The notes below the pieces were generated by a model that made no database searches, was not told the DNA's origin, and was given only the letters and a program-made list of their open reading frames with translations. This document shows, piece by piece, positions 29,202 through 38,650 of a stretch of 64,000 nucleotides of DNA. This DNA is from an uncultured Chloroflexia bacterium (GTDB lineage: Bacteria; Chloroflexota; Limnocylindria; Limnocylindrales; CSP1-4). Numbering within the stretch: position 1 is the stretch's first letter; each line of letters begins with the position of its first letter. A program made the translations under genes and the position numbers. Location: positions 224,001-288,000 of the forward strand of contig CAVVNQ010000008.1 of NCBI GenBank assembly GCA_963749705.1, in the 5' to 3' direction.

Positions 29202-29503
29202 GAGCCGCCCGTGGAGACGTGCGCCTGGCCGGTGGTGCTGGCCACTGTCGGTGCCGCGGTCGCTGCGGCGGTCGATGTCGAGCTCGATGTCCCGCTCGTG
29301 GCCGGCGTCGCACCGTCGACGGTCTCCGTGGTGACGGCGGCCGTGAGGGCTGACTGGGTCAGCGCGCCGTTGTACGTGAGCGCCGACGCCCAGCCGAGCC
29401 CGCCGGTCGCGGCGACACCGAGGATGGCGGTCACGATGGTCATCCTGCGGAGGCGGCGGTTGGCGCGGGACCGAGCCTCGGCGCGCTGGTCATTCGTGTT
29501 CAT
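29198..29503 (-). CDS. small membrane-anchored protein ending HVSTGGS (candidate ApbE substrate)
   Basis: TM helix plus Thr/Ser-rich linker; stop overlaps apbE ATG. Confidence 0.75.
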   Translation of the reverse strand: MNTNDQRAEARSRANRRLRRMTIVTAILGVAATGGLGWASALTYNGALTQSALTAAVTTETVDGATPATSGTSSSTSTAAATAAPTVASTTGQAHVSTGGS

Positions 29504-29584
29504 GGCCCGATGTTGCCCGGACCCACCTTTCAACTCCGTGACGGCTCGTGGCAACTCGTGGCCGTGGGGACGGTAACCGGGCCC

Positions 29585-29661
29585 CGAATCGCGCTCCGCC
29601 CCTGTTCCGATTCGCGCTCTGCCCCTGTTCCGCGGGTCCGAATCGTGCCCCGCCCCTGACA
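29585..29661. repeat. three imperfect 23-bp repeats (CGAWTCGYGCYCYGCCCCTG..)
   Basis: Copies start at 29585, 29608, 29639. Confidence 0.6.
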
Positions 29662-29957
29662 GTTGCCCGCCCTGCGAGCACTGGCCAGCGAGCCGGGTCC
29701 GACAGCGCCACGAGCTCGCCCAACTGCCCCGTTTCGCCTGCCACGTGTCCAACCGATGGGCACGTGGCGTGCCTTCAGCCGCGTCGGCAGCGCCGAGGCC
29801 GTCCCCGACCAGGGGCGCGGTGGCGAACGCCCGCATGACGGGCAAATGGCATGGGCGCGCGGGGCGGTTGGCCGGTTGGCCGGTTGGCCGCCGAGGTGCG
29901 CCGTGTCGTTCGTGTTCATGCCCCGGTCATCGGGGCGGAAATCCTTCGATCCGGTGA

Positions 29958-30890
29958 CTACTCGTCGGGCTTCACGTCGTCCAGCGAATCGGCGGTCTCG
30001 ACGGTTCCGTCGACACCCGGCGGTGCGACTGGCGGGGGTGCGCCTCCGCCGCCGGCCGCCGGGTCGGGGCTCCCGCCGGCCGGCGTCGTGTCCGGGCTGC
30101 CCGTCGCCGGCGTCGTGTCCGCATCCCCGGGATCCTCGTCGCGAGAGGCGTCGGGCACGGTCGGCACGACCTCCTGAGGTGTCCTGACCGGCGCTCGCGC
30201 CGCGAGGGCGGCGGCCGCCCCCGTTCCGAGGTTCTTCGAGCCGAAGTAGAAGCCTGCCACCGCAACGACGAGCGTGCTCACCGTGGTCAGCAGCTGGAGC
30301 GCGAAGTCATGGCCCTCGGCGGACATCCGCTGGCGGATCCGGACGGTGTACAGGGGTTCGGCCGGCGTGGCACCCGGTCCGGTCGCCGGCATCAGGTCCT
30401 GCTCGAGCACGTTGCCACCGCCGGCGCGGATCGAATCGATCTGGGTCTGGGTGAGCCCTTCGGACGTGTACACGTCCCCCGACGTCGAGGACTGGAGCAC
30501 CACCACCCCGATGATCGCGAAGATCAGGATGAGGACCATCGCGATGAGCGCCCGGATCGACCCGGGCGGCATCCCGAGCGCCTCCCCCGGCGTCGGCATC
30601 CCGAGGGCCGTCATGACCACCGTTCCCGTGTACAGGATGAGCGTGACGGTCACGAACCCTGCGATGAGCAGGACCACGCTGTCCAGCTTGATCGCCCACG
30701 CTGCGACGTTGGGCAGGGCGGCGAACATGAGCGCCAGGACGATGAACGCCCCGAACACGAGCACCGCCGCCCCCAGGGTCCCAAGCCGGCCCCACGGCGA
30801 GGCCCGGTCACCGGTTGGCGCGTCGCCCGATCCTGGATTCGCTCTGCCGCCCTGTCCCTCGTCGTCCTCGGTCGTCCGATCCTGCGTCAT
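29958..30890 (-). CDS. hypothetical membrane protein
   Basis: Four TM segments, ALGMPPGSIRALIA, AGFYFGSK. Confidence 0.75.
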   Translation of the reverse strand: MTQDRTTEDDEGQGGRANPGSGDAPTGDRASPWGRLGTLGAAVLVFGAFIVLALMFAALPNVAAWAIKLDSVVLLIAGFVTVTLILYTGTVVMTALGMPTPGEALGMPPGSIRALIAMVLILIFAIIGVVVLQSSTSGDVYTSEGLTQTQIDSIRAGGGNVLEQDLMPATGPGATPAEPLYTVRIRQRMSAEGHDFALQLLTTVSTLVVAVAGFYFGSKNLGTGAAAALAARAPVRTPQEVVPTVPDASRDEDPGDADTTPATGSPDTTPAGGSPDPAAGGGGAPPPVAPPGVDGTVETADSLDDVKPDE

Positions 30891-31068
30891 GGCTCCCACC
30901 CCACCTGCTCCGTGGCCGCACTCTACGACCGCGCCGATGTCGTGCCTAGCCCCAAACGCGTGGGCCCGGGCGCCGAGCCTTGACCCTGGGGAGCGCGGTG
31001 CTAGGCTCCGGGGAACCACCGCCGAAGGCCGCCCGGCCGGGCGCTGGGCGCCCGGGGAGGGGCGACGA

Positions 31069-32070
31069 ATGCACGGTCAGTGGCAGCGGATCGGCGGCCG
31101 CGCGACGTACCTTCCGCCGTTCGTGAACGAGCGGTTCGACGGCCCACCGTACTGGGCCTGCACGTTCACCTCGCTGCTCAACGGCGTCAACGTCGGCTGG
31201 CTGGGCGAGAAGCCGGCCACCCAGGCCGAGGTCCGCGCACTGGCCCGCGCATCGGGCGACGTCGACCTCCGCGGCGGGAGCCGGTCGAGCCACATGATCC
31301 GGGCGATGAAGGTCCGCTACGGGCGATCGATGCGGATCGAGCGCCGGACGCCCGCCGAGGCCATCGACCGCCTCGGGCGAGGATGGGCGATGGTCGGGGC
31401 CGTGACCTACGGCGGGCTGCCCAGGCGATATCGGCGGTGGAGCCCGCAATTCACCGGTGGTCACCGCATCGTGCTCATCGGGTGGCAGAACGGCAACTCG
31501 CGCCTGCTTGATCCGCTGGCCAAGCACGATGCGACCTACGGCGGCGAGTGGATCCGGTGGTCGGATTTCGAGCCCGCTTGGTGGGCCGCCGAGCAGCTGT
31601 GGTTCCGCGAGGGCATGTTCCTGGCGCAGCCACGGTTCGGCACCCTGGTCCCACTAGCGGCACCGCGATCGTGGCGCGTCGCGGCGTCGACCACCGTGGA
31701 CTTCCTGTCGGCGGATCAGCCCGGAGTCGTCGCCCGCCGGGTGCGCATCGATACGGCGAGCGAAGCGATGTACGACGCGACCGTCCCGCTGCTGCCCGCG
31801 GATGCGTCCGCCGGCACCGAGCTGACGCTCGTTCGCGTGTCCACGGGCCGGTTCGCCGGGTACCTCGTTGACGGACACGCACCGGGGATCACGGCAACGG
31901 GTCTGGATGTGAGCGATCCGGCCCCGGCACCGAGCGCCGAAAACGCGACGCCCATGGAGGGCAACGCCACGGCGGCCGAGATCCTCAAGGCGCGCCAGGA
32001 TGAGTGGGACCGCATTCGCGGGTTCGTCTCCGCCGAGGTCGAGCTGCCGGCGCGGCCAAGCGACGCCTGA
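31069..32070 (+). CDS. papain-like (C39-like) peptidase-domain protein
   Basis: YWACTFTS, GGHRIVLIG, LLDPL, GEWI; GGAGG RBS. Confidence 0.7.
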   Translation: MHGQWQRIGGRATYLPPFVNERFDGPPYWACTFTSLLNGVNVGWLGEKPATQAEVRALARASGDVDLRGGSRSSHMIRAMKVRYGRSMRIERRTPAEAIDRLGRGWAMVGAVTYGGLPRRYRRWSPQFTGGHRIVLIGWQNGNSRLLDPLAKHDATYGGEWIRWSDFEPAWWAAEQLWFREGMFLAQPRFGTLVPLAAPRSWRVAASTTVDFLSADQPGVVARRVRIDTASEAMYDATVPLLPADASAGTELTLVRVSTGRFAGYLVDGHAPGITATGLDVSDPAPAPSAENATPMEGNATAAEILKARQDEWDRIRGFVSAEVELPARPSDA

Positions 32071-32077
32071 ACCAGTC

Positions 32078-32608
32078 TCAGGAGCCTCGCGCGAGGGTCT
32101 CCTCGAGCTGCGCGATGTGGTCCTCCAGGTGGCGCACGACGAAGTGGTCACGCACGAAGGTGGCGGGCACCTCACCATCCCGCGGGTGCAGCCCGACCGC
32201 CTGATCCTCGCCGGGCTGTGCGACCGGGGGCGACAGCCGTCGCTCCCAGCGCTCGATGCCGGCATCGATCCGGTCGAACAGCTCACGCAGCGGCAGCACG
32301 CGGTCCTGCTCGAGGATGCCGAGGCGGAGCACGTTGGCGGCGGTACGCCCGAACGGGACGGGATCGCCAGCCTCCAGCCCGGCCTCGACGATTCGCTCGT
32401 ACTGGCCGAGCCAGAACGGCAGCATCTCGGCCGTGTGGGCAAGGACCTCGCGCGGTCCCCAGGAGGCCTCGGGTCCGATCCCGAAGTCCTCGGCGAGGGC
32501 CCATGGACCGCCGGCGACCACGCGAGGCCGCAGGCTGGCGAATGCGCGACGCGCGGCGGCGAGGCGCGCGACCTGGGTGGCGTTGTCGGGGGGCGCAGGA
32601 TCACTCAT
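32078..32608 (-). CDS. DinB-family protein
   Basis: WGPREVLAHTAEMLPFW, HLEDHIAQL. Confidence 0.8.
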   Translation of the reverse strand: MSDPAPPDNATQVARLAAARRAFASLRPRVVAGGPWALAEDFGIGPEASWGPREVLAHTAEMLPFWLGQYERIVEAGLEAGDPVPFGRTAANVLRLGILEQDRVLPLRELFDRIDAGIERWERRLSPPVAQPGEDQAVGLHPRDGEVPATFVRDHFVVRHLEDHIAQLEETLARGS

Positions 32609-32779
32609 ACGCGAAGTGTGGCACGCGGGCCAAGGACGCGACGGTGACGCGATCGAGTCGGGATCGGAGCCGGCTTCGGAGTCGGGATCGAGTCGGGATC
32701 GCGAGGTGGTCGTCGGCACATCGGACCTCTAGACTTGGCCACCGGTTGGAGCGGCACGGGGGCGTCACGGGAGGGCGTC

Positions 32780-35068
32780 GTGCACGGGAGTAGCCGGATC
32801 CGCCTCGCGGCGACGTGGCTGGCGCTGGCGGCATCGCTGGGTGCGGGGCTGCTGTTCGTCGGCGTGCGGGTCGTGACGCCATCCGACGGCGCGCGCGTCG
32901 CGTTCTATGGCGATGGGTGGTCCGCGCGCGGGATCCGAATCGAGCCGATCGATCGTGCCGCACCCGGGCTCGAGGATGGCGACCTGGTGACCGCGGTCGA
33001 CGGTCGGCCGCTCGGGTCATGGGCGAGCGACGCGCTGCGGCCACTGGCCGCGCACGCGGTGCCCTCATCGGGCGCGACCTACCGGATCGAGCGCGGCGGG
33101 GTCAGTGCGGTGGCGGACGTCGCATGGGCCCCACCCAGCGTCGGCGCCACACTGCTCGCCGGCTGGAGCGTCCTGCTGTTCTCGGTCGCGGTTGCCGGGG
33201 TGGCGGCGTTCGTGTTCGCGCGCCGGCCCGACGAGCCCGCCGCCACCGCACTGATGATCGCGGCCTGCGGCGCGGCGGGCAGCAGCCTGCCCTGGTTCCT
33301 GGGGATCACGGTCAGCGATGTCGTCCAGGGTGGCCCGTTCGTGTTCCATGCCCTGGTCACCGGACCGCTGTACATGCTGCTGTGGCCGGCCGGCGTCCAC
33401 CTCGCGCTCGTCTTCCCCCGGCCGCTGCCGATCGTCCGGCGCCACCCGAACATCGTCCCGCTCACGTACGCGGTGGCGCTGGGCGCGTACGGCCTGGCGA
33501 CCGTCGCCGCCGCGGCAACCTCCCCGACGACGCTCGACTGGATCGGGACGTGGCCGCTGACGCAGGTCCTTGTCGTGGTCCCCGCGCTCCTCGTCGCGAT
33601 CGGGCTGTTCGCCCGCAGCTACCGCCGCACGACCGACCCCTCCGAGCGCGACCGCATCCGCTGGGCGACGCTCGGCGGCCTCGCAAGCGCGACCCTGGGC
33701 CTCGGCCTGTTCATGCTTCCCGTGCTGGTGGTCCGCCACCCCCTGATCCCGGATGCCGCGATCGGCATCGTCTCCCTGCCGCTGCCGGTGGGGATCGCCG
33801 CGGGCATCCTGCGCAATCGCCTGTTCGACATCGATGCCGCCATCAACCGCACCCTGGTCTACGGCGGCCTGACCGTCGGCGTGCTGGCCACGTACGTCGT
33901 CGCCGCGACCGCGATCACGACGATCCTCGGCACCGGCACGACGTTCGGCGCCTCGCTGCTGTCGACGGGCATCGCCGCGCTGGTGGCGCTCCCGCTGCGC
34001 GACGTCCTCCAGCGCGCGGCAAACCGCCTGCTCTACGGGCAGCGGGACGATCCGCTGGTCGCGATCCGCCGGCTCGGCGTGCGGCTGGAGCTGGCGGCCG
34101 ACCCGGATCTCGCGTTCCCGGCGATCGCGGAGACGGTCGCGGACGCGCTCCGGCTGCCCTACGTTGCCGTCGAGGTGGCGGACGAGGTCGGCCGGACGAT
34201 GGTCGTCGCCGAGCACGGGCAGCCCGGCCGGGCCGCCGATGAGGTGGCCCTGGTCCATGGCGGCGAGCCGGTCGGGCGGCTGGTCCTGGGCGTTCGCAGC
34301 GGCGAGCAGGGCTTCCGACCCGACGAGCTCGCGTTCCTCCACGACCTCGCGCGCCAGGCCGGCGCGGCGGTCCACGCCCTCCGGCTGCGGGACGCGCTCG
34401 CCGGCTCCCGCGAACGGCTGGTCGTCGCGCGCGAGGAGGAGCGCCGTCGACTCCGGCGCGATCTCCACGACGGCCTGGGGCCGGCGCTGGCCGCGATCGG
34501 CATGCGCGCGGAGGCGTCGGCCGCGATGCTCGATGAGGACGCGGGGGCCGCGCGCCATCAGCTGACCGCGCTCACCGCCGAGGTCCAGGCAGCCCTCGCC
34601 GACGTCCGGCGGCTGGTCGACGGCCTTCGCCCTCCGGCGCTCGACGACCTGGGCCTGGTCGGCGCGATCCGCCAGCAGGCGGCCCGGCTCGATGATCCAG
34701 GGACCGTCGGCGGTGCGGCCGCCAGGGGGACGCGGATCGAGGTCGAGAGCGTCCCGGCCACGCTGCCTGACCTGCCGGCCGCCGTCGAGGTCGCGGCGTT
34801 CCGGATCGCGGTCGAGGCCATGACCAACACCGTCCGCCATGCCGAGGCGTCGATCTGCCGCGTCCGGATCGAGGTTGGTCGCCAGGTGCTCGTCGAGGTG
34901 GTCGACGACGGCCTCGGCCCGCAGGCGGGGCGGCACCCCGGGACGGGCCTGGAGTCGATGCGCGAGCGCGCGGCCGAGCTGGGCGGCGATGCGGTCGTCG
35001 AAGCGCGGCCAGGCGGCGGGACGCGGGTGGTGGCGCGCATCCCGATCGGGCATCCTTCCAGGTCATGA
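32780..35068 (+). CDS. membrane sensor histidine kinase (HisKA_3, PDZ-like and GAF-like regions)
   Basis: EERRRLRRDLHDGLGP, EAMTNTVRHA, GTGLESMRERA. Confidence 0.92.
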   Translation: MHGSSRIRLAATWLALAASLGAGLLFVGVRVVTPSDGARVAFYGDGWSARGIRIEPIDRAAPGLEDGDLVTAVDGRPLGSWASDALRPLAAHAVPSSGATYRIERGGVSAVADVAWAPPSVGATLLAGWSVLLFSVAVAGVAAFVFARRPDEPAATALMIAACGAAGSSLPWFLGITVSDVVQGGPFVFHALVTGPLYMLLWPAGVHLALVFPRPLPIVRRHPNIVPLTYAVALGAYGLATVAAAATSPTTLDWIGTWPLTQVLVVVPALLVAIGLFARSYRRTTDPSERDRIRWATLGGLASATLGLGLFMLPVLVVRHPLIPDAAIGIVSLPLPVGIAAGILRNRLFDIDAAINRTLVYGGLTVGVLATYVVAATAITTILGTGTTFGASLLSTGIAALVALPLRDVLQRAANRLLYGQRDDPLVAIRRLGVRLELAADPDLAFPAIAETVADALRLPYVAVEVADEVGRTMVVAEHGQPGRAADEVALVHGGEPVGRLVLGVRSGEQGFRPDELAFLHDLARQAGAAVHALRLRDALAGSRERLVVAREEERRRLRRDLHDGLGPALAAIGMRAEASAAMLDEDAGAARHQLTALTAEVQAALADVRRLVDGLRPPALDDLGLVGAIRQQAARLDDPGTVGGAAARGTRIEVESVPATLPDLPAAVEVAAFRIAVEAMTNTVRHAEASICRVRIEVGRQVLVEVVDDGLGPQAGRHPGTGLESMRERAAELGGDAVVEARPGGGTRVVARIPIGHPSRS

Positions 35069-35742
35069 CGGAGCCCGGCGTCCCGACCCGCGTGCTCATC
35101 GCCGATGACCACGCCGCGTTCCGCGCCGGGCTGCGGGCGCTGCTGGAGACCGCCGGCGACCTCGCCGTCGTGGGCGAGGTGAGCACGGGAGCGGCCGCGG
35201 TCGATGCGTCGGCCACGCTCGTGCCCGACGTCGTGCTGATGGACATCAACATGCCCGGGCTCGACGGCGTGGAGGCGACCCGGCGGATCGTCGACCGCTC
35301 ACCCCATGTCGCGGTGCTGGTGCTCACGATGCACGACGACGACGAGACGGTGTTCGCCGCGGTTCGCGCCGGTGCGCGCGGCTACCTGCTCAAGGGCGCC
35401 CAGCGCGGCGAGCTGCTGCGTGCCGTTCGTTCGGTCGCGTCCGGCGAGGCGATCTTCGGCCCGGGCGTCGCGCGCCGGTTGATGGCGTACTTCGCGCGAC
35501 CCGCGCCGGGCATGGACGCCGTCGCCTTCCCCGAGCTCACCGACCGCGAGCGGGAGATCCTCGACCTGGTTGCCCGCGGCCGCTCCAATGCGGAGATCAC
35601 GGCGAGCCTCGTGCTGTCGCCGAAGACGGTGCGCAACCACATCTCGAACGTGTTCTCCAAGCTCCAGGTCCGTGACCGCTCGGAGGCGATCGTGCGCGCG
35701 CGGGAGGCGGGCATGGGGGGCGAGCGCGGGCACCGAGCCTGA
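35065..35742 (+). CDS. NarL/LuxR-family response regulator
   Basis: VLIADDH, LMDINMPG, LTDREREIL, KTVRNHISNVFSKL. Confidence 0.95.
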   Translation: MTEPGVPTRVLIADDHAAFRAGLRALLETAGDLAVVGEVSTGAAAVDASATLVPDVVLMDINMPGLDGVEATRRIVDRSPHVAVLVLTMHDDDETVFAAVRAGARGYLLKGAQRGELLRAVRSVASGEAIFGPGVARRLMAYFARPAPGMDAVAFPELTDREREILDLVARGRSNAEITASLVLSPKTVRNHISNVFSKLQVRDRSEAIVRAREAGMGGERGHRA

Positions 35743-35753
35743 CGTCGGGGATC

Positions 35754-35767
35754 GGGACACCGGTCCC
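35754..35767. promoter_or_regulatory. palindrome GGGAC-N4-GTCCC, candidate site for the adjacent NarL-type regulator
   Basis: Between regulator and downstream membrane-protein genes. Confidence 0.35.
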
Positions 35768-35853
35768 ATGACCGCCGGGACGCGCGCCCCGCAAGGTTGG
35801 CGCCAGGTGGACGGCCGGACGTCCGGTCGCACCCCAACGGAGGTCACACACCG

Positions 35854-36261
35854 ATGCGCGTCCTCAGGAGCATCGCCCTCGCCCTTGCCATCAGCATCAT
35901 CCCGCTCGCCTCCGCGGCAGCCCATGAGTGCTTCGTGGTCAATCGGTCCGACACCGGGAACCTGCACGCCACCGCATCCGGGCGGTGGGTGACGCTGACG
36001 CTCCACGACCTGTACGAGACGACCGAGGAGGTCGGCCTGCCCGACCTGACCGAGGCGCAGGTCGACTATGCGACGGCGCTCGCCTCGTCGTGGGGCGTGC
36101 CCGACAGCTTCACCTTCCGCTCCGACAAGACCCTGCTCGAGAACGCGAGCGGCTGGCAGAAGAACGGCCACTCCTCGGACGGCAAGGGCATCGACCACTT
36201 CGTCGACGTCTACGGTGACCAGCTGTTCGGTGCGCTGTTCGCGGCCCTGGCCAACGCGTAG
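35854..36261 (+). CDS. secreted hypothetical protein
   Basis: GGAGG RBS; signal peptide ending ASAAA|HEC. Confidence 0.75.
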   Translation: MRVLRSIALALAISIIPLASAAAHECFVVNRSDTGNLHATASGRWVTLTLHDLYETTEEVGLPDLTEAQVDYATALASSWGVPDSFTFRSDKTLLENASGWQKNGHSSDGKGIDHFVDVYGDQLFGALFAALANA

Positions 36262-36299
36262 CCGCCGCCAACCGTCTCCCACCTGAAGGAGGTCCGCCC

Positions 36300-36734
36300 A
36301 TGGTCCGCTCCATGGCCCGCCGCGCGCTGCCGCTGGCGGCCGGGCTGTTCGTCGCCTGCGCCGTCGTCCAGGTGTTCCTCGCCGGTCTGGGCGTGTTCGA
36401 CGACCCCAAGGCGTTCATCACCCACCGCGAGTTCGGCTACACGTTCGGCTGGCTGACGCTGGTCGTCCTGGTGCTCGCGCTCGTTGGCGGCGTGCCGCGG
36501 CGGGTCATCGGGCTCGGCGTCCTGCTGCTGGTCCTGTTCGCGCTCCAATCGGTCCTGATCGCCCTTCGCACCGACTACCCCGCCGTCGCGGCGTTGCACC
36601 CGCTCAACGGGTTCGCGGTGCTCGCGGTGGGGCTCGTGACCACCCGCGCCGCGTGGGCGACCCGTCGAGCGGAGCTGCCGGACGCACGAGCGGCCGCGGC
36701 CGGTCCCGCCGCAGCCGCCGCCGAGGCCCGGTGA
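36300..36734 (+). CDS. DUF6220-like membrane protein
   Basis: VQVFLAGLGVF..H..LQSVL..AALHPLNG. Confidence 0.8.
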   Translation: MVRSMARRALPLAAGLFVACAVVQVFLAGLGVFDDPKAFITHREFGYTFGWLTLVVLVLALVGGVPRRVIGLGVLLLVLFALQSVLIALRTDYPAVAALHPLNGFAVLAVGLVTTRAAWATRRAELPDARAAAAGPAAAAAEAR

Positions 36735-36779
36735 TGGTCACCGTGGGCCGCCGGGCCTGCAACGGGTCGGATCCGTTCC

Positions 36780-37406
36780 ATGGCTGACGCCGTCACGATC
36801 GCGGGGCTGCTGCTGGTGGCGGGTCCCATCGTCGGCATGGTCCCCGTCGCGTGGCCGCCGTTCCCGAGGATCTGGTCGATGAGCCGGGAGGACCACGTCT
36901 CGACCGTGGCCGCACACCAGCGCGGCTGGTGGATTCTCAACGCGGGGTTCGCGTTCGCGACCATCACCAGCACCGGTGGGCTGGCCATCCTGGCCGTGGC
37001 GCTCACCGGCGACACCGGCCGGTCAGCATGGCTGACGGCCGTGTGGGTCGCGTACGCGATCGGGGGCGTGCTGTGGTGCACGGTGCTCGCGATGCGGGCA
37101 CGGACGACGCCGGCGATCCACGACCTCGGCCTCATCGATGCACCGCCCGGCACCACCGAGCTGCTGCTGGGCGCCGCCACCGGCGGCGTGTTCGCGATGT
37201 ACGTCGTCGTGACCGCGGCGTCGCTCGTGGTGCTCGGCGTCGTCCTCGTCCTTGCGGGAGGGGTCGCGGCGCCGGTCGCCGGGCTCGCTGTGGTGATCGC
37301 CGCCATCGCCGTCGGCGTCCAGGTCGTGACCGGCGACACCATCCCGGCCGTGCTCTACCTGCCTACCCTGATCATCGGGATCGCCCTGCTCGCGGGCTGG
37401 ACCTGA
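36780..37406 (+). CDS. membrane protein
   Basis: Multiple hydrophobic segments, co-oriented operon. Confidence 0.7.
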   Translation: MADAVTIAGLLLVAGPIVGMVPVAWPPFPRIWSMSREDHVSTVAAHQRGWWILNAGFAFATITSTGGLAILAVALTGDTGRSAWLTAVWVAYAIGGVLWCTVLAMRARTTPAIHDLGLIDAPPGTTELLLGAATGGVFAMYVVVTAASLVVLGVVLVLAGGVAAPVAGLAVVIAAIAVGVQVVTGDTIPAVLYLPTLIIGIALLAGWT

Positions 37407-37431
37407 CCCCGACCCTGCGGAGGACCACGTC

Positions 37432-37992
37432 ATGACGTCCCAGGCACCCCGCTCCCTCACCGACGCCCGCATCGGCGCGCCCGCCCTCCGGTTGAGCGGC
37501 GTCATCGGCGCGATCGGGCTGGTGTTCCTGATCGCGATGTTCGCCGCGTTCGCCGCCGGGGCTCGCCGCTTCGGCATGACCGTGGGCTGGATCAACGACG
37601 TGTCCGGCGTCGTCACGATGCCCATCGCGCTGCCGGGGATGCTGGTTCTGCACCGACGGATCCGGCCGCATGCCGGTCGCGGCGGCGACGCCCTGCTCGT
37701 GCTGGGTGTCGGGTCCGTTGGTGCGATCTCGGCGCTGCAGCTCGCTCTCGTCAGCGGTCGCCTGACGTTCGAGGAGCAGATCGGGCCGGTCACCATTGCG
37801 TTCCTGGCGCTCGGCGTGTGGTTCATCCTCACCGGCCGGATCGCCCAGCGGCACGGCATCTTCCCGGGTGGGATCCGGCTGGGCATCCTCGCCACGATCT
37901 ACGCCGGCTACCCGCTGTGGGCGTTCCGGCTCGCACGGGCACTCGAAGCCGAATCCGTTGCGGAGGACGTGGCGGCGGCCGCAACCGCCTGA
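37432..37992 (+). CDS. membrane protein
   Basis: GGAGG RBS; GWIND, TFEEQ; hydrophobic. Confidence 0.7.
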   Translation: MTSQAPRSLTDARIGAPALRLSGVIGAIGLVFLIAMFAAFAAGARRFGMTVGWINDVSGVVTMPIALPGMLVLHRRIRPHAGRGGDALLVLGVGSVGAISALQLALVSGRLTFEEQIGPVTIAFLALGVWFILTGRIAQRHGIFPGGIRLGILATIYAGYPLWAFRLARALEAESVAEDVAAAATA

Positions 37993-38037
37993 CGACGATT
38001 CGCGAGCCGGCACGCCGCCGCATCACGGAGGCCAGAT

Positions 38038-38508
38038 GTGTACACCCCGTTCGTCGCGCTGCACCTGCTCGGCCTGGCCCTGTTCCTCGCGTCGCATGGC
38101 GTCTCGATGTGGGTCGCGTTCCGGGTGCGGATCGAGCGTGACCGGAGCGTGATCCGGGCCATGCTCGAGATGTCGGCGGTGGCCAGCCGGCTCGCGTACG
38201 GCGGCCTGCTGCTGCTCGGCATCGGCGGCATCGGCGCGGCCGCGACCGCGGACCTGCTCACGACCTCGTGGGTGGTGGCGTCCTACGTCGTCCTCGCGGC
38301 GGTCCTGCTCGCGATGTACGGCATCGCCGCCCCCTACTACTACGGGCTGCGCGACGGCCTCGACGGCACGGACAAGGTCGAGCGGCTCGCCGACGAGGTC
38401 CTGGCGGACCGGCTCCGGACGCGGCGTCCAGAGATCCTCGCGGTCACCGGCGGTGCCGGAATCGTGGTGCTCGTGCTGCTGATGGTGGCCCGACCCGGCC
38501 TCTGGTGA
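38038..38508 (+). CDS. membrane protein (DUF2269-like)
   Basis: LHLLG..SHGVS, ends LMVARP. Confidence 0.7.
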   Translation: MYTPFVALHLLGLALFLASHGVSMWVAFRVRIERDRSVIRAMLEMSAVASRLAYGGLLLLGIGGIGAAATADLLTTSWVVASYVVLAAVLLAMYGIAAPYYYGLRDGLDGTDKVERLADEVLADRLRTRRPEILAVTGGAGIVVLVLLMVARPGLW

Positions 38509-38580
38509 TCCCCGGTCCGCGGCGGCCCGGCGGCCACACCATGCGGGATGGGCCCGCCCGGCCGTCCCGCGACACGACGT

Positions 38581-38606
38581 GAAACCGGTGGCGAAGACCG
38601 CGCGTA
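38581..38606 (+). promoter_or_regulatory. ECF-sigma-type promoter GAAAC-N17-CGTA
   Basis: Matches 16850-16875. Confidence 0.45.
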
Positions 38607-38650
38607 GAGATCCCTGTCCAACCCGACGAACCCATGACAGGAGATCCTGA

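Noticed and set aside
29660-29820. Hammerhead-ribozyme-like core on the minus strand (CTGAAG...stem...GAAAC)
   Set aside because: The conserved A9 is missing (CUGAAGG), and stems I and III cannot be closed around a proper NUH site.
32651-32700. Short GATCGAGTCGG-type repeats between divergent genes
   Set aside because: Low-complexity, few copies, no spacers or further structure.
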